Origin: an uncultured Clostridia bacterium
Lineage (GTDB): Bacteria; Bacillota; Clostridia; Christensenellales; UBA1242
Direction: 5' to 3'
Length of the DNA stretch: 59,503 nt
Assembly (NCBI GenBank): GCA_944381245.1
Contig: CALWKK010000003.1
Location: 1 to 59,503 of the forward strand
This document shows, piece by piece, positions 19,988-31,397 of this stretch. The position numbers and the translations under genes were made by a program. Numbering within the stretch: the stretch's first letter is position 1; every line of letters begins with the position of its first letter. The notes below the pieces were generated by a model, which was not told where the DNA came from, ran no database searches, and was given only the letters and a program-made list of their open reading frames with translations.

Positions 19988-21228
19988 TTAAAAGCAAAGA
20001 TATATTTTTAAAATTTAATAAAAATTCTATAATAAAACTAATATTAATTTTTGCAGTCATATTGATCGTTGTATTATATCAGTTTTATCCTATTAGTATT
20101 TTAGTTATAGCAGAAGAAAACAATGAAATTTCTGAAATTGAGATAGAATTAAATGATCAAATAGAAACTCAACTAAATAAACTTAATTTTGGAGATATTG
20201 AAAAAATATTAAATAATTTAGATAATTATGAATATGAAATTTTTGGAAACAATTCTTTTTCAGGGAAAATTCAAAATATAATATCAGGCAAATTTGCTGA
20301 TGGGCAAACTTCCATATTTAGCGCTATTATTAATTTAATATTCGATGATATTTTAAAATATATTCCGATACTCGCATCAATTATAATTATATCAATAATT
20401 TGTGGATTGATTTCTAATATAAGAAGCGAAACTAATTCAAAATCAGTTGGAGATATTATACATTTTGTTTGTTATGGAGTGATAATAGTTCTAGTAATGT
20501 CTGGAGTCACAAATTTGATAAAAGAATCTTCTGGAGCTATTCAATTAATAAAATCACAAATGGAAATTATTTTTCCAATATTGTTAACATTAATGACAGC
20601 AATAGGAAGCACAGCTTCTGTTTCAGTATATCAACCTGCTGTTGCATTTTTATCAAGCTTTATAACTCAAGTATTTACTTCTGTGTTAATGCCTATATTT
20701 ATTTTTATATTAGTTTTTACAATTGTTTCAAATTTAACATCAACAGTAAAGCTTGATAAATTTACTAAATTTTTTAGCTCAGCATATAAATGGATTCTTG
20801 GAGTTGTTTTTACAATATTTATGGCTTTTTTATCTATACAAGGAATAACTGCAAGTAGTTATGATGGTGTGTCAATAAGGACAGCAAAATATGCAATAAA
20901 ATCTTATATTCCATTATTAGGTGGATATTTATCAGAAGGATTTGATGTTATAATGGCTTCTAGCGTACTTATAAAAAATGCTGTTGGTGCAAGTGGATTA
21001 ATTTTAATGTTTGCAAGTATAGCTTCACCTATTATTCAAATAGCTGTATTTTCATTAATATTAAAATTAGCATCCGCAATATTGGAGCCTTTAACAGACA
21101 GTAGAATATCAGAATTTATATATACAACAGGTAAAACGTTAACGCTGTTAGTAACAATGATAATAGGAATAGCTTTTATGTATTTGATAACGGTTGGACT
21201 TATAATGTGTACAGCAAATTATTTATAA
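19984..21228 (+). CDS. spoIIIAE: Stage III sporulation protein AE
   Basis: Polytopic membrane protein with RTAKY..IPLLG, LIKNAVG, EPLTD.RI. Confidence 0.92.
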   Translation: MIKSKDIFLKFNKNSIIKLILIFAVILIVVLYQFYPISILVIAEENNEISEIEIELNDQIETQLNKLNFGDIEKILNNLDNYEYEIFGNNSFSGKIQNIISGKFADGQTSIFSAIINLIFDDILKYIPILASIIIISIICGLISNIRSETNSKSVGDIIHFVCYGVIIVLVMSGVTNLIKESSGAIQLIKSQMEIIFPILLTLMTAIGSTASVSVYQPAVAFLSSFITQVFTSVLMPIFIFILVFTIVSNLTSTVKLDKFTKFFSSAYKWILGVVFTIFMAFLSIQGITASSYDGVSIRTAKYAIKSYIPLLGGYLSEGFDVIMASSVLIKNAVGASGLILMFASIASPIIQIAVFSLILKLASAILEPLTDSRISEFIYTTGKTLTLLVTMIIGIAFMYLITVGLIMCTANYL

Positions 21229-21236
21229 GGAGTTTT

Positions 21237-21722
21237 ATGTCAAACATATCAAGTTGGATTTTAGCAGTTGCAGGAATTTGTATTTTGGGAGTTTTAATAG
21301 ATTTAATAATGCCTAATGGACAAACTAAAAAATATATTAAAGGTGTATTTGCCTTTTTTGTTGTTTTAATCATTATTTCTCCTTTACCTAATTTACTAAA
21401 AAAAGAATTTTCAATTAATGATATATTTGAAGAAGATGCTATTATTATACAAGAAGATTTTATATTCCAAATAAACAGAGATAGATTAGAAACAATTGAA
21501 AATATGATAAAAGCAGATTTACATGAGCAAGGAATTGATAATGTTGGCATAATTATTAATGCAAATGTGTTTGTTGAAAAAATGAAAATAGAAACTGTTT
21601 TTGTCGATTTATCTGAGGTAGTAATTAATCAAGATTTAGAGCATATAGATATTAATGAACTTGTTTTGAAAAGCATTTTAAAATATGTTGTTATTGAGGA
21701 GAAAAATATAATTTTCAATTAA
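21237..21722 (+). CDS. spoIIIAF: Stage III sporulation protein AF
   Basis: W...LIMPNG..KKYIK..IISP. Start at ATG 21237 after AAGGAG. Confidence 0.88.
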   Translation: MSNISSWILAVAGICILGVLIDLIMPNGQTKKYIKGVFAFFVVLIIISPLPNLLKKEFSINDIFEEDAIIIQEDFIFQINRDRLETIENMIKADLHEQGIDNVGIIINANVFVEKMKIETVFVDLSEVVINQDLEHIDINELVLKSILKYVVIEEKNIIFN

Positions 21723-21723
21723 A

Positions 21724-22302
21724 ATGTTAAACAAGGATGACGTGGAGGAAAGGGTGGAAGAAAAAAAGCAAAAGAAAGGACTTTTTGAAAATCTAAAATT
21801 ATTTCAAAAACTAAAAAGCATAAAACATATTGAAATAATAATTGCTGTTATTTTCGGAGCTATAATACTTTTAATTTATCTTTCAACCTTAAATAAAAAT
21901 GATTCACAATTATCCTATCAAACAACCTCAGTTTCAGAATATGCAACAATGCTTGAAACAAAACTTGAAAAAGTTATCAAACAAATAGATGGAGTGGGAA
22001 ATGTTTCAGTTATGATAACTATAATAAGCGGACCAGAATATGTTTATGCAACTAATGATGAAGAAAAAATTAATGTAAATGAAGGAAATGGATCTACAAC
22101 AACATCGACTACGATAACAAAAGAACCGATAATAATTTCAAATGATATGGTTGTCATACAAGAAATTATGCCCAAAATAGGTGGAGTGGTTGTTGTTGCT
22201 GGAGGAGCAGAGGATACAAAAGTTAAACTTGAAATCATCAAAACGGTGCAAGCGTTATTAGATGTTCCTCAAGGAAATATTGAAGTTATAATTGGAAAAT
22301 AA
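21724..22302 (+). CDS. spoIIIAG: Stage III sporulation protein AG
   Basis: LE.KL..I.QIDGVGNVSVMIT, PKIGGVVVVAGGA. Confidence 0.9.
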   Translation: MLNKDDVEERVEEKKQKKGLFENLKLFQKLKSIKHIEIIIAVIFGAIILLIYLSTLNKNDSQLSYQTTSVSEYATMLETKLEKVIKQIDGVGNVSVMITIISGPEYVYATNDEEKINVNEGNGSTTTSTTITKEPIIISNDMVVIQEIMPKIGGVVVVAGGAEDTKVKLEIIKTVQALLDVPQGNIEVIIGK

Positions 22303-22315
22303 AAGGAGATTAAAC

Positions 22316-22792
22316 ATGTTTAGTAAAAGAAAAAAAATAATAATTTTATCAGTTATGGTTGCTCTTTTAGTTGTCACTGGATATCTTAACATTGCATTAA
22401 ATAACAATGTTTCTCAACCCGTTTCAACAATTGCAAATTTAAATTTTTATGAATCTTATAGAGCAGATAGAGAAACTTCAAGAGAAAGTGCGATACTTTA
22501 TTATGAGGGTATTATAAATGATTCAACTAGTAGTCAAGAAGCAAAAGATATGGCAGAAGCAAGCAGGCAAGAATTAATTGACGCTCTCGAAAAAGAATTA
22601 ATAATTGAAGGATTAATTAGAGGAATAGGTTTCGAAGATGCTGTTTTAACAACAACAAGTGATAATATAAATGTAATAGTTAAAGCTAAAGCTGAAGAAA
22701 TAACTGAAGCCCAACTTGCTCAAATTTCTACTATCGTTCAAGAGCAAACTCAAAAGTCATTAGATAATATTAGAGTTATTTGTTCAGATTAA
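22316..22792 (+). CDS. spoIIIAH: Stage III sporulation protein AH
   Basis: N-terminal TM with GYLN, R.DRE..R, EGLI..GFEDAV. Start at ATG 22316 after AAGGAG. Confidence 0.88.
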   Translation: MFSKRKKIIILSVMVALLVVTGYLNIALNNNVSQPVSTIANLNFYESYRADRETSRESAILYYEGIINDSTSSQEAKDMAEASRQELIDALEKELIIEGLIRGIGFEDAVLTTTSDNINVIVKAKAEEITEAQLAQISTIVQEQTQKSLDNIRVICSD

Positions 22793-22824
22793 TAAAAGTT
22801 CCACTATTAGTGGACTTTTATTTT
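22791..22824 (+). terminator. Intrinsic terminator after spoIIIAH
   Basis: AATAAAAGT(T)CCACT-att-AGTGGACTTTTATT plus T tract. Confidence 0.75.
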
Positions 22825-22887
22825 AATAAATAACTATTGATTTATTTAGAAAACAATGATATAATAAAACACATTCGGAGGATATTA

Positions 22888-23613
22888 ATGATAAAAAATA
22901 AAAATATATTAGAAAAAGTAACAGATAGTGATTTAGCTTTATTAAAAAACAATCCAGAAGAATTTTGGAAGGATGTTGAAATTATTGGGCCAACAGCATT
23001 TGCATTTACAAATATAGAAGAATTAAACATTCCTGATAATGTGAGAGAAATACAAATAGGTGCATTTTATAATTGCAGTAAATTAAAAATATTAAAATTA
23101 CCAAAAAATCTTGAGATATTAGAAAAAAATACAATTTATAAATGTCCGATTGAAAATTTAGAAATACCAAAAAATGTTAATCTTGAATCTCGAGCAATCG
23201 AATCATGCAATTGTTTAAAATATATAAAATTTGAAAAAGGTTTTAAAAATTTAAAACCAATAGTATGTTTAAATTGTGAAAATTTAAAAACAATCGATTT
23301 ACCTGATTCAATAGAAAATATAGATAAATCAGCATTTCATCTTTGCAATGTAACTTCAGTTGTATTATCGGGAAAAATGAATACACAAATTAAAAATTTT
23401 ATAATAAAAAATAATATAAAAGATATAATAGTGTCTTCAGTTAAAGATATAGATAAAAATTTTAAAGATATTGAGTTTGATAATATACAAAAAATTAAAA
23501 ACAACAAATTAACTAACGTAAATCACGGATATCATATTATAAAAAATTTAATAAAAAGCGCAGTTGTTTCACAAAAAGAAAAAAATAGAAAAGAAATAAA
23601 TAATGAAAAATAA
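22888..23613 (+). CDS. BspA/TpLRR-type leucine-rich-repeat protein
   Basis: Repeats such as LNIPDNVREIQIGAFYNCSKL and IDLPDSIENIDKSAFHLC. Start at ATG 22888 after GGAGG. Confidence 0.85.
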   Translation: MIKNKNILEKVTDSDLALLKNNPEEFWKDVEIIGPTAFAFTNIEELNIPDNVREIQIGAFYNCSKLKILKLPKNLEILEKNTIYKCPIENLEIPKNVNLESRAIESCNCLKYIKFEKGFKNLKPIVCLNCENLKTIDLPDSIENIDKSAFHLCNVTSVVLSGKMNTQIKNFIIKNNIKDIIVSSVKDIDKNFKDIEFDNIQKIKNNKLTNVNHGYHIIKNLIKSAVVSQKEKNRKEINNEK

Positions 23614-23644
23614 AAAAAAGATATCACTTAGTGATATCTTTTTT

Positions 23645-23646
<2 letters not shown>
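23612..23646. terminator. Bidirectional intrinsic terminator
   Basis: AAAAAAAGATATCAC-tta-GTGATATCTTTTTTT. Confidence 0.85.
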
Positions 23647-24937
<1,291 letters not shown>

Positions 24938-24948
24938 TTACTATTTCC

Positions 24949-24976
24949 ATAATATGAATAAAAAAATTTTAATGTT
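24949..24976 (-). promoter_or_regulatory. sigmaK-type promoter of the collagen-like gene
   Basis: Minus strand AACA-16bp-CATATTAT. Confidence 0.55.
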
Positions 24977-25106
24977 AATTAATATTTATCATTGTATTTG
25001 ACAAAAAATTATATATTTTTGTTTGCTTTATTTTCATAAAATGATATTATATGCTAATATGTTTTTAAAAATTAATTTAATATTAAAGTAGTATTTTGGA
25101 GTTAAA

Positions 25107-26867
25107 ATGTTTAAAATTTTAAAATATACTAAAACAAAAGAATGGTTCTTTGTTTTTTTTAGTCTTATATTAATAATTGGTCAAGTTTATTTAGATTTGA
25201 CAATCCCAGACTATATGAATGAAATCACCATATTATTACAAACAAATGGTGGAGTTGATCAAATTTTGATCAATGGATTATTTATGTTGTTATGTGCGCT
25301 TGGAAGTGGTGTTTTGGCTGTTGCTGTTGGGTTTATTTCAGCAAAAATTGGAGCTGAATTTGCTAAAAGATTGCGCAATAATTTATATAATAAAGTTTCA
25401 ACTTTCTCAACTTTAGAAATGAATAAATTTAGTGTTGCTAGTTTAATAACAAGATCTACAAATGATGTTACTCAGGTTCAACAAATGGTAACAATGTCCA
25501 TTCAAATATTAATAAAGGTTCCTATAATGTTTGTTTGGGCTATTATTAAAATTGTTAATAAAAATTGGCAATGGTCTGTTGCAACAGCTGTTGCAGTTTC
25601 ATTATTGCTTTTAAGTGTTACAATAATTAGCATCTTGTGTGTACCAAAATTTAAAAAGTTGCAAAAACAAACAGATGAAATTAACAATATTACGCGTGAA
25701 AATTTGAATGGATTAAGGGTTATAAAGGCATTTAATGCTGAAGAATATGTTGAAAATAAATTTGATAAAACAAATAAAAATTTAACAAAAACAAATTTAT
25801 TTACTGGATATACATTATCTTTTATCAATCCTATTATACAATTAGTTATGAATGGATTATCTTTATCTATATATGTTATCGGTGCTTTTATTATTAATTC
25901 TGCAACTCAACTTAATAATAAAGTTTCATTATTTGGAGATATGATTGTGTTTTTTTCATACGCTATGCAAATAATTGCAGCATTTATGATGTTGATAATA
26001 TTGTTTATGATTTTACCTAGGGCGCAAGTTAGTTGCAAAAGAATAAATGAAGTATTAGCCACAAAATCATCAATAATTGATGGTATTGGTGTCAATCCTA
26101 AACAAAAAGGAACTATTATATTTGAAAATGTTTATTTTAAATATCAAGATGCTGAAGAACCTATTTTAAAAAATATTAACTTTGAAATAAATCAAGGTGA
26201 AGTCGTTGCAATAATTGGATCAACTGGAAGTGGAAAATCCACAGTTATAAATTTAATTCCAAGGTTATACGATACAACAAGTGGAAATGTATTAATTGAT
26301 GGTGAAAATGTTAAAAATTATAAGTTAAGTGAATTATACGATAGAATAGGATATGTTTCACAAAAATCTGTTATATTTTCAGGAACAGTTGAAAGCAATG
26401 TTTCTATGGGAACGAAAAATAATAAAAAGATATCACAAAGTGAAGTTGAAGAAGCTATTAATAATTCTCAATCACAAATTTTTGTTCAAAATATGAATGG
26501 TTCATATCAAGCTGAAATACATAGAGATGGAGCAAATATTAGTGGTGGACAAAAACAAAGATTATCTATTGCAAGGGCACTTGCTAGAAAACCTGAAATA
26601 TTAATTTTTGATGATTCTTTTTCTGCACTTGATTTTGAAACTGATAAAAAATTAAGACAAGTTTTATCTAAAGAGTTTAATGGTACAACATGTGTTATTG
26701 TGGCGCAAAGAATTGGTACTATTAAAAATTGTGATAAAATAATTGTTATGGACAATGGACAAATTGTTGGAATAGGTAAACATAAACAATTGTTAAAAAA
26801 TTGTAATGTATATCGTGAAATTGCTCTTTCTCAGCTTTCAAAGGAGGAATTGGGATATGATGCATAA
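25107..26867 (+). CDS. Heterodimeric ABC exporter, subunit 1 (degenerate site)
   Basis: Six-TM domain plus NBD: GSTGSGKS, ISGGQKQR, Walker B IFDD and VAQR (non-canonical residues). Confidence 0.92.
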   Translation: MFKILKYTKTKEWFFVFFSLILIIGQVYLDLTIPDYMNEITILLQTNGGVDQILINGLFMLLCALGSGVLAVAVGFISAKIGAEFAKRLRNNLYNKVSTFSTLEMNKFSVASLITRSTNDVTQVQQMVTMSIQILIKVPIMFVWAIIKIVNKNWQWSVATAVAVSLLLLSVTIISILCVPKFKKLQKQTDEINNITRENLNGLRVIKAFNAEEYVENKFDKTNKNLTKTNLFTGYTLSFINPIIQLVMNGLSLSIYVIGAFIINSATQLNNKVSLFGDMIVFFSYAMQIIAAFMMLIILFMILPRAQVSCKRINEVLATKSSIIDGIGVNPKQKGTIIFENVYFKYQDAEEPILKNINFEINQGEVVAIIGSTGSGKSTVINLIPRLYDTTSGNVLIDGENVKNYKLSELYDRIGYVSQKSVIFSGTVESNVSMGTKNNKKISQSEVEEAINNSQSQIFVQNMNGSYQAEIHRDGANISGGQKQRLSIARALARKPEILIFDDSFSALDFETDKKLRQVLSKEFNGTTCVIVAQRIGTIKNCDKIIVMDNGQIVGIGKHKQLLKNCNVYREIALSQLSKEELGYDA

Positions 26868-28644
26868 AAATATTCATATTAATAAAAAGGTTGATTTTAA
26901 AAATTTAAAAAAAGCTTTATTTAATTTGTTTGTTTATTGTAAAAAACATATATGGTTAATAATAATATCATTATTATTAGCAGTTATTGCTTCTATATTA
27001 TCAGTTTTAGGTCCAAATAAATTGAAAGAGTTAACAAACTTAATTTCAAATGGATTAACAACTCAAATAGATATTAAATTGGTTATAGAAATTACATTAA
27101 TTTTAATTATAATTTATTTATCTAGCAGTTTGTGCGTATTATTTCAAAATATTTTTATGACGAAAGTTTCACAAAGTGTTTCTAAAAATTTAAGAAATAA
27201 TATTAGTAAGAAAATAAATAAAGTTCCTTTTAAATACATTGATAAAAACTCACATGGAAATTTATTGAGTTGCGTTACAAATGATGTGGATACAATATCT
27301 CAAGGCTTAAATAATAGCGTTCCAACAATTGTTCATTCAATATCACTTTTAATTGCAAGTATGGTTATGATGTTTGTTTCAAATTGGATTTTGGCTTTTA
27401 CTGCAATTGCTTGTAGCTTATTAGGATTTATAATTATTGCTTTAGTTATGAAATACTCTCAAAAATATTTTGTTGCTCAACAAAATCAATTAGGAGAGGT
27501 TAATGGTCATATAGAAGAGATATATTCAGGACAGAATATTATAAAAATATATAATGCTACAGATGAACAAAAAGAAAAATTTTTTAAATTAAATAATGTA
27601 TTATATAAAAGTGCATGGAAGTCTCAATTTTTGAGTGGACTTATGGTACCTATTGTGTTATTTATTGGAAACTTTAGTTATGTTGCAATATGTGTTGTTG
27701 GAGCTATTTTATTTACAAATGGGCAAACTGATATTGGAACGATTGTCGCTTTTATAATGTATGCAAGAATGTTCACAAATCCATTGACTCAACTTGCCCA
27801 ATCTTTTGCTTATTTACAGTCTACGGCAGCTTCAAGTGAAAGAGTTTTTAAATTTTTGGGAACAAAAGAAATATCTGATGAAACAAAAATAAACAAATAT
27901 TTGGATCCTAATACTATTAAAGGTAATGTAAAATTTGATAATGTTTGTTTTGGTTATGATAAAGATAAAATAATAATAGATAATTTGTCTTGTCATGTTA
28001 AAGCAGGTCAAAAAGTTGCGATTGTAGGGCCAACTGGAGCAGGGAAAACAACTATTGTTAATTTGCTTATGAGATTTTATGAAATTAATGATGGTAAAAT
28101 TTCTATTGATGGGGTAGATACAAAATCTATAACTCGAAAAAATTTACATGAGTTATTTGGAATGGTTCTTCAAGACACATGGCTTTTCAAGGGAACGTTA
28201 AGAGAAAATTTAATTTTTAATAATGAAAATGTTTCTGTTGAAGAATTAGATAAAGTTTGTAGTGAATGTGGATTAAATTATTTTGTTAAAACTTTGCCCA
28301 AAGGTTATGAAACAATATTAGACGAAAATACTAATGTTTCAATAGGACAAAAACAACTTATAACAATAGCGCGCGCAATGATTCAAAATAGTCCTATGAT
28401 TATTTTAGATGAAGCAACAAGCAATGTTGATACTCGAACAGAAATTTTAATTCAAAATTCTATGGATAAACTTTCAAAAAATAGAACATCATTTGTTATT
28501 GCTCACAGACTTTCAACAATAAAAAATGCTGATTTAATTTTATTTATAAATGAAGGCAAAATTGTCGAAAAAGGAAAGCATAAAGATTTACTTAAAAAAA
28601 ATGGAGTATATGCAAAACTTTATAACAGTCAATTTGAAAATTAA
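26857..28644 (+). CDS. Heterodimeric ABC exporter, subunit 2 (consensus site)
   Basis: GPTGAGKT, SIGQKQL, ILDEAT, IAHRL. Start at ATG 26857 after AGGAGG. Confidence 0.92.
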   Translation: MMHKNIHINKKVDFKNLKKALFNLFVYCKKHIWLIIISLLLAVIASILSVLGPNKLKELTNLISNGLTTQIDIKLVIEITLILIIIYLSSSLCVLFQNIFMTKVSQSVSKNLRNNISKKINKVPFKYIDKNSHGNLLSCVTNDVDTISQGLNNSVPTIVHSISLLIASMVMMFVSNWILAFTAIACSLLGFIIIALVMKYSQKYFVAQQNQLGEVNGHIEEIYSGQNIIKIYNATDEQKEKFFKLNNVLYKSAWKSQFLSGLMVPIVLFIGNFSYVAICVVGAILFTNGQTDIGTIVAFIMYARMFTNPLTQLAQSFAYLQSTAASSERVFKFLGTKEISDETKINKYLDPNTIKGNVKFDNVCFGYDKDKIIIDNLSCHVKAGQKVAIVGPTGAGKTTIVNLLMRFYEINDGKISIDGVDTKSITRKNLHELFGMVLQDTWLFKGTLRENLIFNNENVSVEELDKVCSECGLNYFVKTLPKGYETILDENTNVSIGQKQLITIARAMIQNSPMIILDEATSNVDTRTEILIQNSMDKLSKNRTSFVIAHRLSTIKNADLILFINEGKIVEKGKHKDLLKKNGVYAKLYNSQFEN

Positions 28645-28690
28645 ATAAAAAATGCTTGCAAATATTTTTTTAATATGTTATACTCGTAAA

Positions 28691-28957
28691 GTGAAAAAGC
28701 TTTACAATGATGAAATTGAAAAAACAATATATTTTATTGATTTATTAAATTTGTATGGGAAATTATTAAGTCATAAACAAGAAAAAGTAATGAGAGATTA
28801 TTTTGAAAATGATTTAACAATAACTGAAATAGGTGAAAATAATAATATTTCAAGGCAAGCTGTTTATGATGCGATAACCAAAGGACAAAATAAATTATTA
28901 GAATATGAAAAAAAAGTTGGTGCATATTCTGAAATAAAAAAATTAAAAGGAAAATAA
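28691..28957 (+). CDS. ylxM: YlxM-family HTH protein
   Basis: LL.LYG.LL..KQ..Y..DLTI.EIG...ISRQAVYD..LL.YE.K. Directly upstream of ffh. Start uncertain (GTG 28691 lies just after a sigmaA promoter). Confidence 0.85.
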   Translation: MKKLYNDEIEKTIYFIDLLNLYGKLLSHKQEKVMRDYFENDLTITEIGENNNISRQAVYDAITKGQNKLLEYEKKVGAYSEIKKLKGK

Positions 28958-30268
28958 ATGGCTATATTTGAAAATTTGACTGAAAAAATTAATCATGCTT
29001 TTAATAAAATAGTAAATAGAGGTAAATTAACTTCTTTGGAGATAAAAGATGCTATGAGAGAAGTCAAATTAGCATTATTGGAAGCTGATGTTAATTATAT
29101 GGTTGTAAAAAAATTTATTGCACAGGTTTCAGAAAAAGCTTTGGGAGATGAAGTTTTAAAAAGTTTAACTCCAGCTCAACAAGTAATAAAGATTGTTAAA
29201 GATGAATTAGTTGAATTGATGGGAGGTGCTAATCAAAAATTACAAACAAGTTCGACACCACCAACAATAATAATGATGTGTGGATTGCAAGGTGCCGGTA
29301 AAACAACAATGTGTGGAAAACTTGCGACTTATTTAAAAAAAAGTGGTAAAAAAATTTTATTAGTAGCTTGCGATATATATAGACCAGCAGCTATTGAACA
29401 ATTAAAAGTTTTAAGTAAACAAGCAGGAGTTGCAATTTTTGAAAAGGGAAAATCAAATCCAGTCAATATAGCTAAAGAATCGGTTGAATATGCAAAAAAG
29501 CAAGGATACGATACTGTTATTATAGACACAGCAGGTAGGCTTCATATTGATGAAGAATTAATGAAAGAATTACAAGAAATTAAGAAAAGTGTTAAACCTA
29601 ATGAAATATTGTTAACAGTTGATTCAATGATAGGGCAAGATTCAGTGACAATTGCCGAGGAATTTAATAATCAATTAGATATAACGGGTGTTGTCTTAAC
29701 AAAATTAGATGGAGATACTAGAGGAGGAGCGGCTTTATCAATAAAAGAAATAACAGGTAAGCCAATAAAATTTTCAGGAATAGGTGAGAAGTTAGGAGAT
29801 TTAGAGCCTTTTTATCCTGATAGGATTGCAAATAGAATATTAGGTATGGGAGATGTCCTAACTTTAATAGAAAAAGCTCAAGAAGCAATAACTGAAGAGC
29901 AAGCAAAAGAAATGGAAAAAAAGTTTCGTCAGAATAAATTTGATTTTGAAGATTATTTGGTTCAGATGGAAAACTTAAAGAAGATGGGTAATATTAATGA
30001 TATTATAAGCATGATACCGGGATTAAAATCAAAGATAAAAAATATTCCACAAGTTGATGAAAAACAATTGTTAAAACAAAAGGCGATTATTCAATCAATG
30101 ACGCCTTATGAAAGAAAAAATCCTGAAGTTATAAAATCAAGTCAGCGTAAAAGAATTGCGCAAGGAAGTGGGACAGGTATTCAAGACGTGAATCAATTAT
30201 TAAAACAAATGGAAAAAAGCAAGGAAATGATGAAACAAATAAAAAATAAAAAAGGATTTGGTTTTTAA
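28958..30268 (+). CDS. ffh: Signal recognition particle protein Ffh
   Basis: ALLEADV, GLQGAGKTT, DTAGR, TKLDGDTRGG, RILGMGD, M domain. Confidence 0.98.
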   Translation: MAIFENLTEKINHAFNKIVNRGKLTSLEIKDAMREVKLALLEADVNYMVVKKFIAQVSEKALGDEVLKSLTPAQQVIKIVKDELVELMGGANQKLQTSSTPPTIIMMCGLQGAGKTTMCGKLATYLKKSGKKILLVACDIYRPAAIEQLKVLSKQAGVAIFEKGKSNPVNIAKESVEYAKKQGYDTVIIDTAGRLHIDEELMKELQEIKKSVKPNEILLTVDSMIGQDSVTIAEEFNNQLDITGVVLTKLDGDTRGGAALSIKEITGKPIKFSGIGEKLGDLEPFYPDRIANRILGMGDVLTLIEKAQEAITEEQAKEMEKKFRQNKFDFEDYLVQMENLKKMGNINDIISMIPGLKSKIKNIPQVDEKQLLKQKAIIQSMTPYERKNPEVIKSSQRKRIAQGSGTGIQDVNQLLKQMEKSKEMMKQIKNKKGFGF

Positions 30269-30323
30269 AAGGTATTACATTCTGAAAAGAATTTAATATA
30301 AATATAAAGATAGGAGGAATAAG

Positions 30324-30575
30324 ATGGCAGTAAAAATAAGATTAACAAGATTAGGAGATAAAAAATCACCTTTTTATAGAGTTATAGTTGCAGATTCAAG
30401 ATCTCCAAGAGATGGTAAATTTATTGATATTATCGGAACATACAATCCACTTGTTGACCCTGCTGAAATCAAAATTGATGCTGAAAAAGCAAAAAAATGG
30501 ATTTCTAATGGTGCTCAACCAACAGAAACTGCAAAAGTTTTACTTATTAAATCTGGTATAATTGATAAAAAATAA
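30324..30575 (+). CDS. rpsP: 30S ribosomal protein S16
   Basis: [25 protein letters not shown]. Confidence 0.98.
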   Translation: MAVKIRLTRLGDKKSPFYRVIVADSRSPRDGKFIDIIGTYNPLVDPAEIKIDAEKAKKWISNGAQPTETAKVLLIKSGIIDKK

Positions 30576-30593
30576 TAAAGCAAAGGAGTTAAT

Positions 30594-30830
30594 ATGAAAG
30601 AATTAATTGAATTTATTGTTAAATCATTATGTGATAAGCCAGATGAAGTTGTTGTAACATCAGAAAAAGATGGAAACTCAGAAATAATAAAAATTTTTGT
30701 TGAAAAAAATGATATGGGAAAAGTTATTGGTCGGAATGGAAAAATTGCTTCTAGCATAAGGACAATTGCTAAATCACTATCAAATAAAAAACAAAAAAAA
30801 ATAATTAAAAAGAAAAAAGAAAAAATATGA
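30594..30830 (+). CDS. khpA: KH-domain RNA-binding protein KhpA
   Basis: DMGKVIGRNG..A.SIRT, between rpsP and rimM. Confidence 0.9.
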   Translation: MKELIEFIVKSLCDKPDEVVVTSEKDGNSEIIKIFVEKNDMGKVIGRNGKIASSIRTIAKSLSNKKQKKIIKKKKEKI

Positions 30831-31315
30831 TTGAAATAGGTAAAATAGTCAAACCTCAAAGAATAAAAGGAGAAATTAAAATAATATTAAATTGTAATAC
30901 TGATAGAATTAATAATATTGAACAAATCATAATTTCTGGGGAAAAATTCAATATTGAAGAAAAAAGAATTATTGATAATAATTTCATAATAAAATTAAAA
31001 GATATTAATTCTAGAAATGATGCAGAAAAACTTAGAAATTTAAGTGTCTTTGCATTAAGAGAAGAATTAAAATGTTTGGAAGAAAATGAATATTATTATG
31101 ATGATTTAATTGGATTAAAAGTATATAATGAAAATAATGAAGAAATAGGTATTATTGAAGATATAGATCAATTTGGATCAGCGGATATTATATATATAAG
31201 AGAAAGAAATATATTATTTTCTGTGCCTTTTATTGATACAATATTTAAAAGTATTTCTGAAAATAGTGTTATTGTTTTTCAAGAAGAATATGATAACTTT
31301 AAAATAAACGACTGA
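30827..31315 (+). CDS. rimM: 16S rRNA processing protein RimM
   Basis: IGKIVKP..IKGE, SRNDAEKL, YYYDDLIGLKV, PRC barrel with VPFI. Confidence 0.92.
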   Translation: MIEIGKIVKPQRIKGEIKIILNCNTDRINNIEQIIISGEKFNIEEKRIIDNNFIIKLKDINSRNDAEKLRNLSVFALREELKCLEENEYYYDDLIGLKVYNENNEEIGIIEDIDQFGSADIIYIRERNILFSVPFIDTIFKSISENSVIVFQEEYDNFKIND

Positions 31316-31328
31316 TGTCGTTTTTTTT
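31303..31328 (+). terminator. Intrinsic terminator overlapping the rimM stop codon
   Basis: AAACGAC-tgat-GTCGTTT plus T tract. Confidence 0.7.
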
Positions 31329-31397
31329 ATTTATTTTTATAAAAAGATTGATATAAAAAAAAATATATGATAAACTCAAACATGGGAGGATATTGAT

